Shown here: piece by piece, positions 27,628-40,317 of the stretch
How the letters are laid out: each line of letters starts with the position of its first letter
Numbering within the stretch: position 1 is the first letter of the stretch
From: Macrostomum lignano
Taxonomy: Eukaryota
Direction: 5' to 3'
Assembly: GCA_002269645.1 (NCBI GenBank)
Contig: NIVC01001805.1
Location: 1 to 64,000 of the forward strand
DNA length: 64,000 nt
Position numbers and translations under genes: made by a program
Notes under the pieces: model-generated
Seen by the model: only the letters and a program-made list of their open reading frames with translations
Databases searched by the model: none
Told to the model about the DNA's origin: nothing

Positions 27628-29108
27628 ATTCTGAGCACCCAACACCCTCACCCCAGGGACTCACTCCTGACAGAGATGACTCTGAGCACCCAACACCCTC
27701 ACCTCAGGGACTCACTCCTGACAGAGATGACTCTGAGCACCCAACACCCTCACCTCAGGGACTCACTCCTGACAGAGATGACTCTGAGCACCCAACACCC
27801 TCACCTCAGGGACTCACTCCTGACAGAGATGACTCTGAGCACCCAACACCCTCACCTCAGGGACTCACTCCTGACAGAGATGACTCTGAGCACCCAACAC
27901 CCTCACCTCAGGGACTCACTCCTGACAGAGATGACTCTGAGCACCCAACACCCTCACCTCAGGGACTCACTCCTGACAGAGATGACTCTGAGCACCCAAC
28001 ACCCTCACCTCAGGGACTCACTCCTGACAGAGATGACTCTGAGCACCCAACACCCTCACCTCAGGGACTCACTCCTGACAGAGATGACTCTGAGCACCCA
28101 ACACCCTCACCTCAGGGACTCACTCCTGACAGAGATGACTCTGAGCACCCAACACCCTCACCTCAGGGACTCACTCCTGACAGAGATGACTCTGAGCACC
28201 CAACACCCTCACCTCAGGGACTCACTCCTGACAGAGATGACTCTGAGCACCCAACACCCTCACCTCAGGGACTCACTCCTGACAGAGATGACTCTGAGCA
28301 CCCAACACCCTCACCTCAGGGACTCACTCCTGACAGAGATGACTCTGAGCACCCAACACCCTCACCTCAGGGACTCACTCCTGACAGAGATGACTCTGAG
28401 CACCCAACACCCTCACCTCAGGGACTCACTCCTGACAGAGATGACTCTGAGCACCCAACACCCTCACCTCAGGGACTCACTCCTGACAGAGATGACTCTG
28501 AGCACCCAACACCCTCACCTCAGGGACTCACTCCTGACAGAGATGACTCTGAGCACCCAACACCCTCACCTCAGGGACTCACTCCTGACAGAGATGACTC
28601 TGAGCACCCAACACCCTCACCTCAGGGACTCACTCCTGACAGAGATGACTCTGAGCACCCAACACCCTCACCTCAGGGACTCACTCCTGACAGAGATGAC
28701 TCTGAGCACCCAACACCCTCACCTCAGGGACTCACTCCTGACAGAGATGACTCTGAGCACCCAACACCCTCACCTCAGGGACTCACTCCTGACAGAGATG
28801 ACTCTGAGCACCCAACACCCTCACCTCAGGGACTCACTCCTGACAGAGATGACTCTGAGCACCCAACACCCTCACCTCAGGGACTCACTCCTGACAGAGA
28901 TGACTCTGAGCACCCAACACCCTCACCTCAGGGACTCACTCCTGACAGAGATGACTCTGAGCACCCAACACCCTCACCTCAGGGACTCACTCCTGACAGA
29001 GATGACTCTGAGCACCCAACACCCTCACCTCAGGGACTCACTCCTGACAGAGATGACTCTGAGCACCCAACACCCTCACCTCAGGGACTCACTCCTGACA
29101 GAGATGAC
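27628..29108. repeat. 51-bp GACTCTGAGCACCCAACACCCTCACCTCAGGGACTCACTCCTGACAGAGAT minisatellite
   Basis: About 29 essentially identical copies. Source of the 571-aa ORF. Confidence 0.98.
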
Positions 29109-29681
29109 TATGGGCCTCCAGAGCCTTACAGTCAGACTCTCGATCCCCACACATGATTTTAAACCGCACAAAACTGACTCACTTCTGCTCACCTGGAACT
29201 TCCCAGAGCTGATTAGTGAGCAGGAAATTTTCTGTTGGTTTTACTTCGCTACCCAGGCGGCCAATTCTTTTCTGCTCCAAAGCTACTCGAAAAAAAGAGT
29301 CTTGTACTGTCCCAGAAAACTTTAAATTTCTTCAGCAACGCGTTTCTAAAGAGACACGATCTTCTAAAAGACAGGCAAGCGGCCAGCTGAGTTTCTTCAG
29401 TGCTGGAAAATCGCTCAGCAAGACAGACATTGCGGGGGCACACTTTTAGCCAAATGCTAAGCGAATCATTTTGCTCCAATAGCGTCTGAGCTCTCGGAGC
29501 TGCGCCACAAATTCTGGCTTGCGAGTTCCAAGAAGCTTTTATTGATTGCTCAATAGCAAATGGCTTGCAGAACTTTGTCTCCTGAGCATATTTGAATGTA
29601 CTTTTAATTCTCATTACCTTTTCAGCTCTGCAATTTACTACTGGGGTCATAGCATACCCCAAATGAATGGCACGTCTCATA

Positions 29682-30525
29682 GCCCAGCTCAGAGACCAGC
29701 TCACAGCTCAGAGACCATCTCACAGCTCAGAGACCATCTCACAGCTCTCAGAGACCATCTCACAGCTCAGAGACCATCTCACAGCTCTCAGAGACCATCT
29801 CACAGCTCAGAGACCATCTCACAGCTCAGAGACCATCTCACAGCTCAGAGACCATCTCACAGCTCAGAGACCATCTCACAGCTCAGAGACCATCTCACAG
29901 CTCTCAGAGACCATCTCACAGCTCAGAGACCATCTCACAGCTCTCAGAGACCATCTCACAGCTCAGAGACCATCTCACAGCTCAGAGACCATCTCACAGC
30001 TCAGAGACCATCTCACAGCTCAGAGACCATCTCACAGCTCTCAGAGACCATCTCACAGCTCAGAGACCATCTCACAGCTCTCAGAGACCATCTCACAGCT
30101 CAGAGACCATCTCACAGCTCAGAGACCATCTCACAGCTCAGAGACCATCTCACAGCTCAGAGACCATCTCACAGCTCTCAGAGACCATCTCACAGCTCAG
30201 AGACCATCTCACAGCTCTCAGAGACCATCTCACAGCTCAGAGACCAGCTCAGAGACCATCTCAGCCCAGAGACCAGCTCACAGCTCAGAGACCATCTCAC
30301 AGCTCAGAGACCATCTCACAGCTCAGAGACCAGCTCAGAGACCATCTCAGCCCAGAGACCAGCTCACAGCTCAGAGACCAGCTCAGAGACCAGCTCAAAA
30401 CTCAGAGACCAGCTCAGAGACCAGCTCAAAACTCAGAGACCAGCTCAGAGACCAGCTCAGAGACCAGCTCAAAACTCAGAGACCAGCTCAGAGACCAGCT
30501 CAGAGACCAGCTCAGAGACCAGCTC
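29682..30525. repeat. 19/21-bp CTCACAGCT(CT)CAGAGACCAT minisatellite
   Basis: Tandem copies, shifting to a 12-bp variant at the 3' end. Confidence 0.95.
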
Positions 30526-30777
30526 ATATTGCAGGTCATCAGCAGCATAAGTGGTTCACGCTGGTGTCCTCAACAGTGAGAAGGGCCTCCTCCATTGGCC
30601 AGGCGAACGAAGCTGGAGCCTCCCTCAGTCTGCAACTGATAGCCTGGTGGCTGCACATGACCTATCAAACACTTCAAGCGCAGTTCCACAACTGAACAGG
30701 GCGGGTAAACAGCTTTATTGTTTGGCCGTGCAGAAGGCGGGAGAGAGGCGGCTGCTGCGGGTCGGTACTAACGGCTG

Positions 30778-30791
30778 GTTGCCATGGAGAC
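30778..30791 (-). promoter_or_regulatory. Single X-box (GTTGCCATGGAGAC / GTCTCCATGGCAAC)
   Basis: Same 14-mer as in the 32.8-33.4 kb array, in inverted orientation, in unique sequence upstream of the resolved exons of the minus-strand unknown gene. Confidence 0.45.
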
Positions 30792-30984
30792 GGAAAGTTG
30801 CAGGCTAGAAAAATAGCAAATTTGACAGAGTTTGATAACTATGAAATTTGACTGTGAACTTGGGCAACATTTTTCAAATGCAGAATCTAAAGTAGATTTT
30901 GAACTCAAAGTTTAACTGCTTGTCTCTATTTCCACTATCAACTCTCTCTGAGCTTCCTCAATTGGTCGATCAGCTATCCCCCCC

Positions 30985-32318
30985 CTCCTTACCCTGTCCC
31001 TCACCCTCCTCACCCTCTTCACCCTGTCCCTCACCCTCCTCACCCTGTCCTTCACCCTGTCCCTCACCCTCCTCACCCTGTCCTTCACCCTGTCCCTCAC
31101 CCTCCTCACCCTGTCCTTCACCCTGTCCCTCACCCTGTCCTTCACCCTGTCCCTCACCCTCCTAACCCTGTCCCTCACCCTCCTCACCCTGTCTTTCACC
31201 CTGTCCCTCACCCTCCTCACCCTGTCCCTCACCCTCCTCACCCTGTCCCTCACCCTCCTCACCCTGTCCCTCATCCTGTCCCTCACCCTCCTCACCCTGT
31301 CCCTCACCCTGTCCCTCACCCTCTCCCTCACCCTCCTCACCCTGTCCCTCATCCTGTCCCTCACCCTCCTCATCCTGTCCCTCACCCTGTCCCTCACCCT
31401 GTCCCTCAACCTCTTCACCCTGTCCCTCACCCTGTCCCTCACCCTGTCCCTCACCCTCTTCACCCTGTCCCTCACCCTGTCCCTCACCCTGTCCCTCACC
31501 CTCCTCACCCTGTCCCTCACCCTGTCCCTCACCCTCCTCACCCTGTCCCTCATCCTGTCCCTCACCCTCCTCACCCTGTCACTCACCCTCTCCCTCACCC
31601 TCCTCACCCTGTCCCTCACCCTGTCCCTCACCCTCCTCACCCTGTCCCTCATCCTGTCCCTCACCCTCCTCACCCTGTCCCTCACCCTGTCCCTCACCCT
31701 CCTCACCCTGTCCCTCACCCTGTCCCTCACCCTGTCCCTCACCCTCTTCACCCTGTCCCTCACCCTGTCCCTCACCCTGTCCCTCACCCTGTCCCTCACC
31801 CTCTTCACCCTGTCCCTCACCCTGTCCCTCATCCTGTCCCTCACCCTCCTCACCCTGTCCCTCATCCTGTCCCTCACCCTCCTCACCCTGTCCCCCACCC
31901 TCCTCACCCTGTCCCTCACCCTCCTCACCCTGTCCCTCACCCTCCTCACCCTGTCCCTCACCCTCTTCACCCTGTCCCTCACCCTCCTCACCCTGTCCCT
32001 CACCCTCCTCACCCTGTCCCTCACCCTCCTCACCCTGTCCCTCACCCTGTCCCTCACCCTGTCCCTCACCCTGTCCCTCACCCTGTCCCTCACCCTCCTT
32101 ACCCTGTCTCTTACCCTCCTCACCCTCCTCACCTCGTCCCTCACCCTCCTCACCCTCCTCACCTCGTCCCTCACCCTCCTCACCCTCCTCACCTCGTCCC
32201 TCACCCTCCTCACCCTCCTCACCTCGTCCCTCACCCTCCTCACCCTCTTCACCTCGTCCCTCACCCTCCTCACCCTCCTCACCTCGTCCCTCACCCTCCT
32301 CACCCTGTCCCTCAACCT
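30985..32318. repeat. 9/12-bp CCCTCACCCTGT / CCCTCACCT pyrimidine-rich repeat
   Basis: Low-complexity tandem array, with a remnant at 32748-32784. Confidence 0.95.
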
Positions 32319-32796
32319 GTCTCCCAGCGTGCATGCTCTAAAAAATTAGAAATATTCCAGCTAGTCCAAGTGGTTACCAGCAAACTTGTCCCGCACATAA
32401 ACTCCTCTCTCTGTATTTCAGACGGGATCTCGAGAAACCTGACCCGCTCATCATTGATGCGCCCGCCTGCTGCAGGAAATATCTGTCTGAAATTCTCGTC
32501 ACGATGACCTCGACTCAGATCAGTGCCAAGCGCATCTCGCAGTTCACTCAACCCACTTGGCGCACGTTTGCATGTTGGGCCCGGCTCAGCTCGGCCGCTC
32601 GTTAATATTGCATGCCCGCCCGCGTACATGGAAGGTTAGCGTGAAGCAGATGGGAGGGCTAGATGCGAGCCATGGACTTCTAAATAAACATCTGGCCTAG
32701 AGACCGAGCACAGCCTCTGCCACTCCAGCCCAGTCCCGGGTCTCTGTCTCACCCTGTCCCTCACCCTGTCCCTCACCCTCCTCCAGTCAGTGACCA

Positions 32797-33420
32797 GTTC
32801 CGGGTCTCCATGGCAACAGCCCCGGGTCTCCATGGCAACAGCCCCGGGTCTTCATGGTCAGTTCCAGGTCTCCATGGCCCAGTCCTGGGTCTCCATGGCA
32901 ACAGTCCCGGGTCTCCATGGTAACAGTCCCGGGTCTCTATGGTCAGTCCCGGGTCTCCATGGCAACAGTCCCTGGTCTCCATGGCAACAGTCCCGGGTCT
33001 CTATGGTCAGTCCCGGGTCTCCATGGCAACAGTCCCGGGTCTCCATGGCTACAGTCCCGGGTCTCCATGGCAACAGTCCCGGGTCTCCATGGCAACAGTC
33101 CCGGGTCTCCATGGCAACAGTCCCGGGTCTCTATGGTCAGTCCCGGGTCTCCATGGCAACAGTCCCGGGTCTCCATGGCAACAGTCCCGGGTCTCCATGG
33201 CAACAGTCCCGGGTCTCCATGGCAACAGTCCCGGGTCTCTATGGTCAGTCCCGGGTCTCCATGGCAACAGTCCCGGGTCTCCATGGCAACAGTCCCGGGT
33301 CTCCATGGCAACAGTCCCGGGTCTCCATGGCAACAGTCCCGGGTCTCCATGGCAACAGTCCCGGGTCTCCATGGCAACAGTCCCGGGTCTCCATGGCAAC
33401 AGTCCCGGGTCTCCATGGTC
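32797..33420 (+). promoter_or_regulatory. 22-bp tandem array (CAGTCCCGGGTCTCCATGGCAA) carrying 21 RFX X-box motifs
   Basis: By manual count, 20 x GTCTCCATGGCAAC plus 1 x GTCTCCATGGTAAC. These fit the X-box consensus GTHNYY-AT-RRNAAC. The repeat is certain; regulatory function is inferred. Confidence 0.55.
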
Positions 33421-33933
33421 CAGTCCACTAGGATACTCCGCAGCGAGAGGTCGCGGAACTCAGCAGATGCTGTCAGCCTGCCTACGTGCTCACTCTGAGC
33501 TTGCATAATTCATTGAGCGATTCTCTACCCGACAGCTGAGCTGCAGGCCATGGGCCACAAAAGTCTCCTGCAGATTTGTTAATTCAAGGTGAATAATTCA
33601 AACGACAGGAACCTTTGCCGGCAATAATCTGGGACTGCAAATCAATTCGGTCTTAACTGCTCAGCCAGTGTATTTTTCAGTTGGGATGCGCTGAAATAGT
33701 TGCTGCCGTGAGGCAGAGGGCGTTTAATTCTGCTGGAGGATATTAAAGGGGGCTGTTAAAGATTAAAGCGAATTTTATAGAAAACACATACATATTTTTG
33801 CTTCTTAAAATGTTCAAACATACTACTAATACATGATCATTTAAGTAGGCGAACTCGCTAAGTCAAAAGCGCAAACCAGAAATACCTTACGTTGGGGGTA
33901 CAGAGAAGGTCAATCTAATTAGCATATGCAAAT

Positions 33934-36900
33934 TTAGTCCCCTCCCGCGTCCTCCGCATCTTCAGCGGGGGCGTCGCCGCCTTCATCTTCGTCTGGAGGA
34001 GGCGGCGGCGCCGAATCGTCGGCGTCGTCGCCTGCGGGAGCGTCGGCATCGGCGTCGGGGGCGTCGGCGACCTCGGCGGCGTCGGCGTCCGCGTCGCCGT
34101 CGTTGGCGGCGGGAGCGGCTGCCGTCGCGGCTTCGTCGTCGTCAAGCGGCTTCTCTTCTGCAGTAGAGAAAAAATTCGGAAATTTTTAACAGCTCAAGTA
34201 AATTTTATTTCGAATATTCGCATTTGACTACTGCCGTCCGGGCTATCAGTAGAGTAAAAAGGGTAAAGTTGTGCGCCTTTACTTTTTGTTGTGTTTCGAG
34301 GATTGTGCGGAGGGCGGGAGTTGCGAAAGTGGAAGAGTTCAGTAAAAGTACGCAGTGCTTAAAGCTGCTTGAGCTCATAAGCAAATCTTGAAAAACCAGG
34401 CAATTTTCAATTTTCAAGTCGGGATGAGGTTGTGTTGGAGTGGAGTCCTGGCTTTCAAATTAAAAGTTTAAGATTCCTTTTGTCGCCAAGGCCTTACGAT
34501 AGGCTGACAGTAAGGGGTGTTTTGGAAAGTTTAACACATTAGAAATGTTCAAGCAGAAATCAGAAAAGTACATCGTGTCCGTTTTAAATGGTCTGCATTT
34601 CTTAAAGGTTTGTGCCGAAAATACAGTAATAAGTGGGACAGTTCTTCTTGCAGCAGATATTCGGTCAGTAAGTACTTTTTAAATAATCAATGCAACCGGT
34701 TGGCGAGCAGTACATTTAGTGCGGAAATAGTTTTATACGAGCGTATAACGACGATTGCAAAGTAGAGTCAACTGCCCACCGCTACCATCAGAGAAAACAG
34801 TTGCCAAGGCACATTTAATAAGCAAGAAAGCATGCTGGGTGACTACACAAGTAAATGAGCACTTACTCTGCCTGATCAGCCTCTGCTGTGCGTGTGGGAG
34901 GCCCGATAACAAGCCGACACAGATTAGCGAGTTCAGTCTGTACATTTGGGGCATCTACTACTCATAGTAGCTTGGAAATCAATGCAGTGCAAAATTTGGG
35001 AGGAAAATTGAAAAAAAAGTTTTTCGGTCAATAAAAAATCATGCACAAAATCATTGGGGCTCTGGTGGGAATCCCAAACCGCTCAATCAGTGCCGGCTGT
35101 TCGAACTCGGAACCTCTGAGTTTTCAATGGGCAGAAGGGGAGGAAAAACGCGATTTTTTGTTATGAATAAAACCAAAACTGTTACTTTTACAGACTGCAT
35201 AAGTACTTTTACGAGTTAGGGTCAAGAGATCCCAGCGATATGCGCCGATACAAGCATGTGAAAGCACGTCAGAGACAACTAAAAGTCAATTTAGCTTAAT
35301 ATACCAGCAAAAACCTCTACATGTAGTCTGAATGCACTGTACAAGTAGCCTGTACATGTTGAATGTACTGTACAAGTAGCCTGTACATGTTGAATGCACT
35401 GTACAAGCAGCCTGTACATGTTGAATGCACTGTACAAGCAGCCTGTACATGTTGAATGCACTGTACAAGCAGCCTGTACATGTTGAATGCACTGTACAAG
35501 CAGCCTGTACATGTTGAATGCACTGTACAAGTAGACTGTACAACGAATTATCGCTTCCTATCCCAGATTCGCACCGTCAGTCTCAGACTCAGGCAACTCA
35601 GGCAATCAAAGAGCTCAAAGTCGCAGCTCACCGTCTCCCTCCTCGTCTCCCGCCGCCTCAGCGTCCGGCTGCTCCATCGCTCCGGTGGGGTCAGCCGAGG
35701 TCATGGGCGGCGGCGCGTCCTCGGTGATCTTCGTGATGGCGCCGGCCTTCCACTTGGGCACGATGATGGCCGCCTCCTCCTCCTCTTCACCTTTGTCGTC
35801 GGCGGCCTGTTTAAAAGTACATTGCGAACTTCAGAGTTCTAAGCCAGCTTTAAAAGTGCAATGAAGTTACATTCTCTAATTGAAAAAATTTGTGACAGCT
35901 GAAAGACTCGGCGCACATAGAAGTGCAAAAAGCATATAGTTAAAAGTACATTGAGTATCTTAATTAGAATGTGTCAATTTTACAGTTTTATCCCAAATCC
36001 AAGATGCATCAGAAAACCAAAGTTCAAAACCATAAGAAACAAATATCTTGAGCAAATCTAGAAGTGAAAAAGCATGAGTATAAAGAACTGAAAACTTGAA
36101 AAAAGGTGATGAATTGGCAGTTTAAAAGTGTACCTTGCGGACTCCGCTAGCCGAGTCTGGCTTCATGCCTATCTGCTTTTTTGGGGAATGGCAGTTTTGA
36201 ACAGTCTTCTGATTAAGATTCACTGGGAGTTCAAACTGCTGAGTAGCATGTGCTCCCCGAAACAGGGGACCAGGAAAATTAAACTCAATATGCGCACCTG
36301 TTCAACAGCCTGGTATTCTCCGTGCTGCTGGCAGCCCACATCAAACACGTACTTGCCCTTGCCGTCCATCTGGAATGAGGTTTTGGGCAGCTTTGAAGGC
36401 ATTCAGTTTCTACCATGTCTGTGCGATGATTTGGGAGAGGCACCTGAAGCACCGGTGGGGGAGAGAGGCACCTGAAGCACCGGTGGGGGAGAGAGGCACC
36501 TGAAGTACCGGTGGGGGAGAGAGGCACCTGAAGTATACGGTGGGGGAGAGAGGCACCTGAAGTACCGGTGGGGGAGAGAGGCACCTGAAGCACCGGTGGG
36601 GGAGAGAGGCACCTGAAGTACCGGTGGGGGAGAGAGGCACCTGAAGTATACGGTGGGGGAGAGAGGCACCTGAAGTACCGGTGGGGGAGAGAGGCACCTG
36701 AAGTATACGGTGGGGGAGAGAGGCACCTGAAGTACCGGTGGGGGAGAGAGGCACCTGAAGCACCGGTGGGGGAGAGAGGCACCTGAAGTACCGGTGGGGA
36801 GAGAGGCACCTGAAGTATACGGTGGGGGAGAGAGGCACCTGAAGTACCGGTGGGGGAGAGAGGCACCTGAAGTATACGGTGGGGGAGAGAGGTACCTGAA

Positions 36901-37993
36901 GTACCGGTGGGGGGGAGGCACCTGAAGGCACCTGAAGTTACCGGTGTGGGGAGAGGCACCTGAAGTACCAGTGGGAGCGGTACCTGAAGAAGCCACTGAA
37001 ATCTACATTCCCCAGGCCGCCCATCGAGCACTCACGTAACCCTTGCGCCACAGGCCCACGTATTTGTGGTTGGCGTGCACCAGCTCTCCGTAACCGTCCA
37101 TCTTGCCCTCCTTCCACATGCCGACGTACTTGGAGCCTGTCTCGCTGAAGAAGTACGTGCCCCGGCCGTGTCGCTGGTGCTGGTGCCACTCGCCCTCGTA
37201 ATAATCGCCATTGACGTACATGTACTTGCCAGTGCCGGATCGCTGGTCCTCGATCCAGCTGCCTAAAAGTGGAGCGATAAATTCCCATGCAATGCGTGAA
37301 AGCTCGCAGTAAATCAAATTTAGTCAGGCATTTCAAATGGCTCACCTTCGTATCTGGATCCGTCAGGGTAGATGAACACACCTTTGCCATGCTTCTTGTT
37401 CTTCTGGTACTGACCTTCGTAGCGGGCGCCGTTCTTGAACCTAAATTAATATCCAATAGTTGTTAATATGGTGAAAATGCACCGGGGCTATTAGGGTAAA
37501 AATTAGGGTAAGAATCCACTTGCCGGTATAGTCCAGATCCATGCCGCTTGCCATTCTCGTACTCTCCGACATACGTGTCCCCATTTGGCAGGGTCGCCTT
37601 ACCGTGGCCGTGTCTCTCATCGCGTTCGTTCCTCTCGCCTTCGTACTCCTAAAAAATTAACCGCAAGGTTATATACGAACTGGCATAATAATTTTAGTTT
37701 GTTATAGTTTCATAAAACAGAACTCTAGTAAGCTCAACAGTTTATATTCTATTGGATAGTTTTTATATTCCATAAAATTCATTTTTTTGCATTCAAGCAC
37801 TTCAATGCTGTTTATGATACCAAAATGATTTTTAGCTACTAACGATAACATATAACATAGTACGAGTAGTGTACAGGAATTCTGAGGTCCATATATTAGT
37901 TATTCTTATACAAATCGGACTATATAGAACAATAAAATCACTTACACCCAGGTTCATGCCCTGTTCTTCCTCCTCTTCTGATCCGTCCGACAT
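33934..37993 (-). CDS. RSPH1: Radial spoke head component 1 (MORN-repeat axonemal protein)
   Basis: Exons 37993-37946, 37648-37524, 37440-37346, 37262-37036, 36369-36298, 35806-35632, 34157-33934 give an open frame. Sequence: [87 protein letters not shown], then an acidic tail. Intron 2 is GC-AG. Confidence 0.95.
35335..35540. repeat. 31-bp CACTGTACAAGCAGCCTGTACATGTTGAATG minisatellite
   Basis: About 6.5 copies in RSPH1 intron 6. Confidence 0.9.
36437..36985. repeat. 28-30-bp GAGAGGCACCTGAAGTACCGGTGGGGGA minisatellite
   Basis: About 20 copies in RSPH1 intron 4. Confidence 0.95.
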
Positions 37994-39058
37994 TTTCTAA
38001 TGAAATCCAAGAAAACAAATAATCAAAGAAAAAATTACTTCTACTAGTTAAACGCCCGCCAGTTGAGAGTCAGAAAATGTGCAGATTCTTTACTTTAAAA
38101 TATTTTCATCACCATAGAGATATTTTTAATCTGTGTTAAATGTGTTAATAATTTCAAACGAAACTAAACTTATATATAATTTAAAAAACACAGAAATTTT
38201 TTATAATTAAATTTGCAAAAACTTTAAATCGGATTTGTTATACCTAGTTAAGAACGAAACCATGTCAACGCTTTGTAAAGTTTGCAGAATATGGAAATAT
38301 AAAAAAAATTTGTATTGTGCTTACGTTAAGAAAATTTAAGAATTGTTAAGCTAAAAAGCTTTTACAAAGATTTTCGCATTTATTTAATTTCGTTTTGTTT
38401 TATTTACTGCTCAAGCGTTTTAAAATTTTAAGTTCAACTTTTTCTAAGAAGCTATAGACTTTTCCGCTATTTTTCATTGCATTTTTTGACATTCTCGTGT
38501 TTGTTGGATCCATCCATATAATTTATTGCTTTCTTGTTGTCCAGCACAGTTACATTTGCATGACGGTTAATTGTATACCATATTAATTTATTGTGTGCAG
38601 ATGTTATACAATAGAATAAGTACAATGTTCAGTTTTTGGATTTTCGGATTTTCAGATCCAGGTCACAAAGCAAGTGTTAAAATATTTTAAGCTCTATATT
38701 TTATGCAAATTTCAAAATATAACTTTACTTCTCTTTTAACTATTGAACATTCTATAAGAATCAAGTGTCAATGGACACTTTCAGAAAGCAATTACAAAGC
38801 TAAACAGCTTGAACTAAGCTTTTTATTGAATAAACTTAAAACGAAATTTTATACAATGAAAAGTATCTGTGTCTTGTCTAGTTTATATGGATTGATGAGC
38901 AAAAAATTAATTTGTATAGCTTTGCAAGCTCTTTTTATACTTTAAACTTTTTTAGCTAAAAATTATATAAGTTTAAAATTAAAGTTTATAAAGATTAGGA
39001 GATTAGAAAGGCTACAATTTTAGCTCTTGAAAAGTCACAAGACAGAAAATTATTTCAG

Positions 39059-40192
39059 TCGTTTTTATTTAATGCCAACAAGCCGGACTATGAGGAGGCG
39101 GAAAAAGAAACAAATGAGATGCTGTAGACCCTGACTGAGTGCCCAGCTCCAACTGATGCCACAGACGGCACTGATGTGACTGAGTAGTTTCGAATTGCCG
39201 ACAGCAACTCGAATGGCAGAATTTCCGCCCCTGAACTGCAGCAGGTGCTGCTGACGGACAGCTGTCAGCAGTTTTCTATTGGCACATGCCAGACGTTGGT
39301 TCAGCACTTCTCTTCGGGTGGCAGCGACTCCGTTGGCTTTGAGGAGTTCAAAGTGAGGGCTTCGGAGGTTTGATGAAGCCTATTTATAATTGGTATAAGG
39401 CATAATGGTGCCACCCCTCAGATCCGCATAGTGGCGCCACCCCTTCAGATCCGCATAATGGCGCCAACCCCCTCCCCCCCCCCAGATCCGCATAGTAGCG
39501 CCAACCCTCAGTTCCAAATTGGTAGCGGAACCCTTCAGATAAGGATCGCTAGCCTAGAAAAGCTACATTGTTAAACACTTAATACTATTTGCATTTGGGC
39601 GTCTGTTCTGGGTTTTTGTCTATGGCCAAAACGGACAGATTGTATTAATAATAGGCGCTCAATATGCTTAGAAAGTAGTCTTTCCACATATTTCTTTTCT
39701 TTGTATTGGAAAGACTTTGAGTGGCCATTCTGCATGTGGTTCTACATGCAGTGTTTTAGTTACTCAGTACGAATTAATTTTCTGTAAACACTACTTCCTA
39801 ACCTTGTCAGTAGTAAAAGCCGCGAATTTCCCGAAATTCCCTGCCCCCACCCTAATCAGGAAATCTGCGGTCGCGTGCGTCACTGGATCCACGTTTTCCT
39901 AGAAACCGACGATGATGGCTCCGGGCACATTGACTGCCGCCAGCTGCGAAGCGCCGTGCTGCAAATCCACCCGGACTGCCTGCTGTCCGCCAACTTTTTG
40001 CACCGGGCGATGCACAAATTCTGCGCCGCCGAGACGCAGCTGCTCGACCTGGACGGCTTCGTCTTGTTGAACTCGCTGATTCACCGGCACGCCGAGCAGT
40101 TCTGGCTGCTGCAGGAGGTCGCCGAACGCGGCGGCGCTGCCTGCCCTGCATCTTTGGAGGAGTTCCTCACTCAGCGAGTTGTCGGCGATTAA
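39059..40192 (+). pseudogene. Divergent penta-EF-hand (peflin/PDCD6/sorcin-like) gene with two in-frame TAGs; start not found
   Basis: Exon 39059-39352 ..E*FRIADSNSNGRISAPELQQVL..FSIGTCQTLV..VGFEEFK (donor GTGAGG). Exon 39860-40192 ..WIHVFLETDDDGSGHIDCRQLRSAV..LDLDGFV..*. TAG at 39125-39127 and 39185-39187; the second could instead be a 3' splice acceptor. Confidence 0.65.
39405..39535. repeat. ~27-bp CATAGTGGCGCCACCCCTCAGATCCG short repeat
   Basis: About 4 degenerate copies in the EF-hand gene intron. Confidence 0.7.
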
Positions 40193-40317
40193 CCGGGGAT
40201 AACAGGTCATTGCGACGCAGCACTTCTACATTTAAGGCAGTTCCATTAGCCAGGGGTGCTAGCATTAACTTTACTCACAAAGCCTATGCTTGAGTAGTTT
40301 TAAGGTCCTCTATGGTC

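Noticed and set aside
38256-38269. X-box in the RSPH1 upstream region (GAAACCATGTCAAC)
   Set aside because: It mismatches the consensus in both halves; too weak to call.
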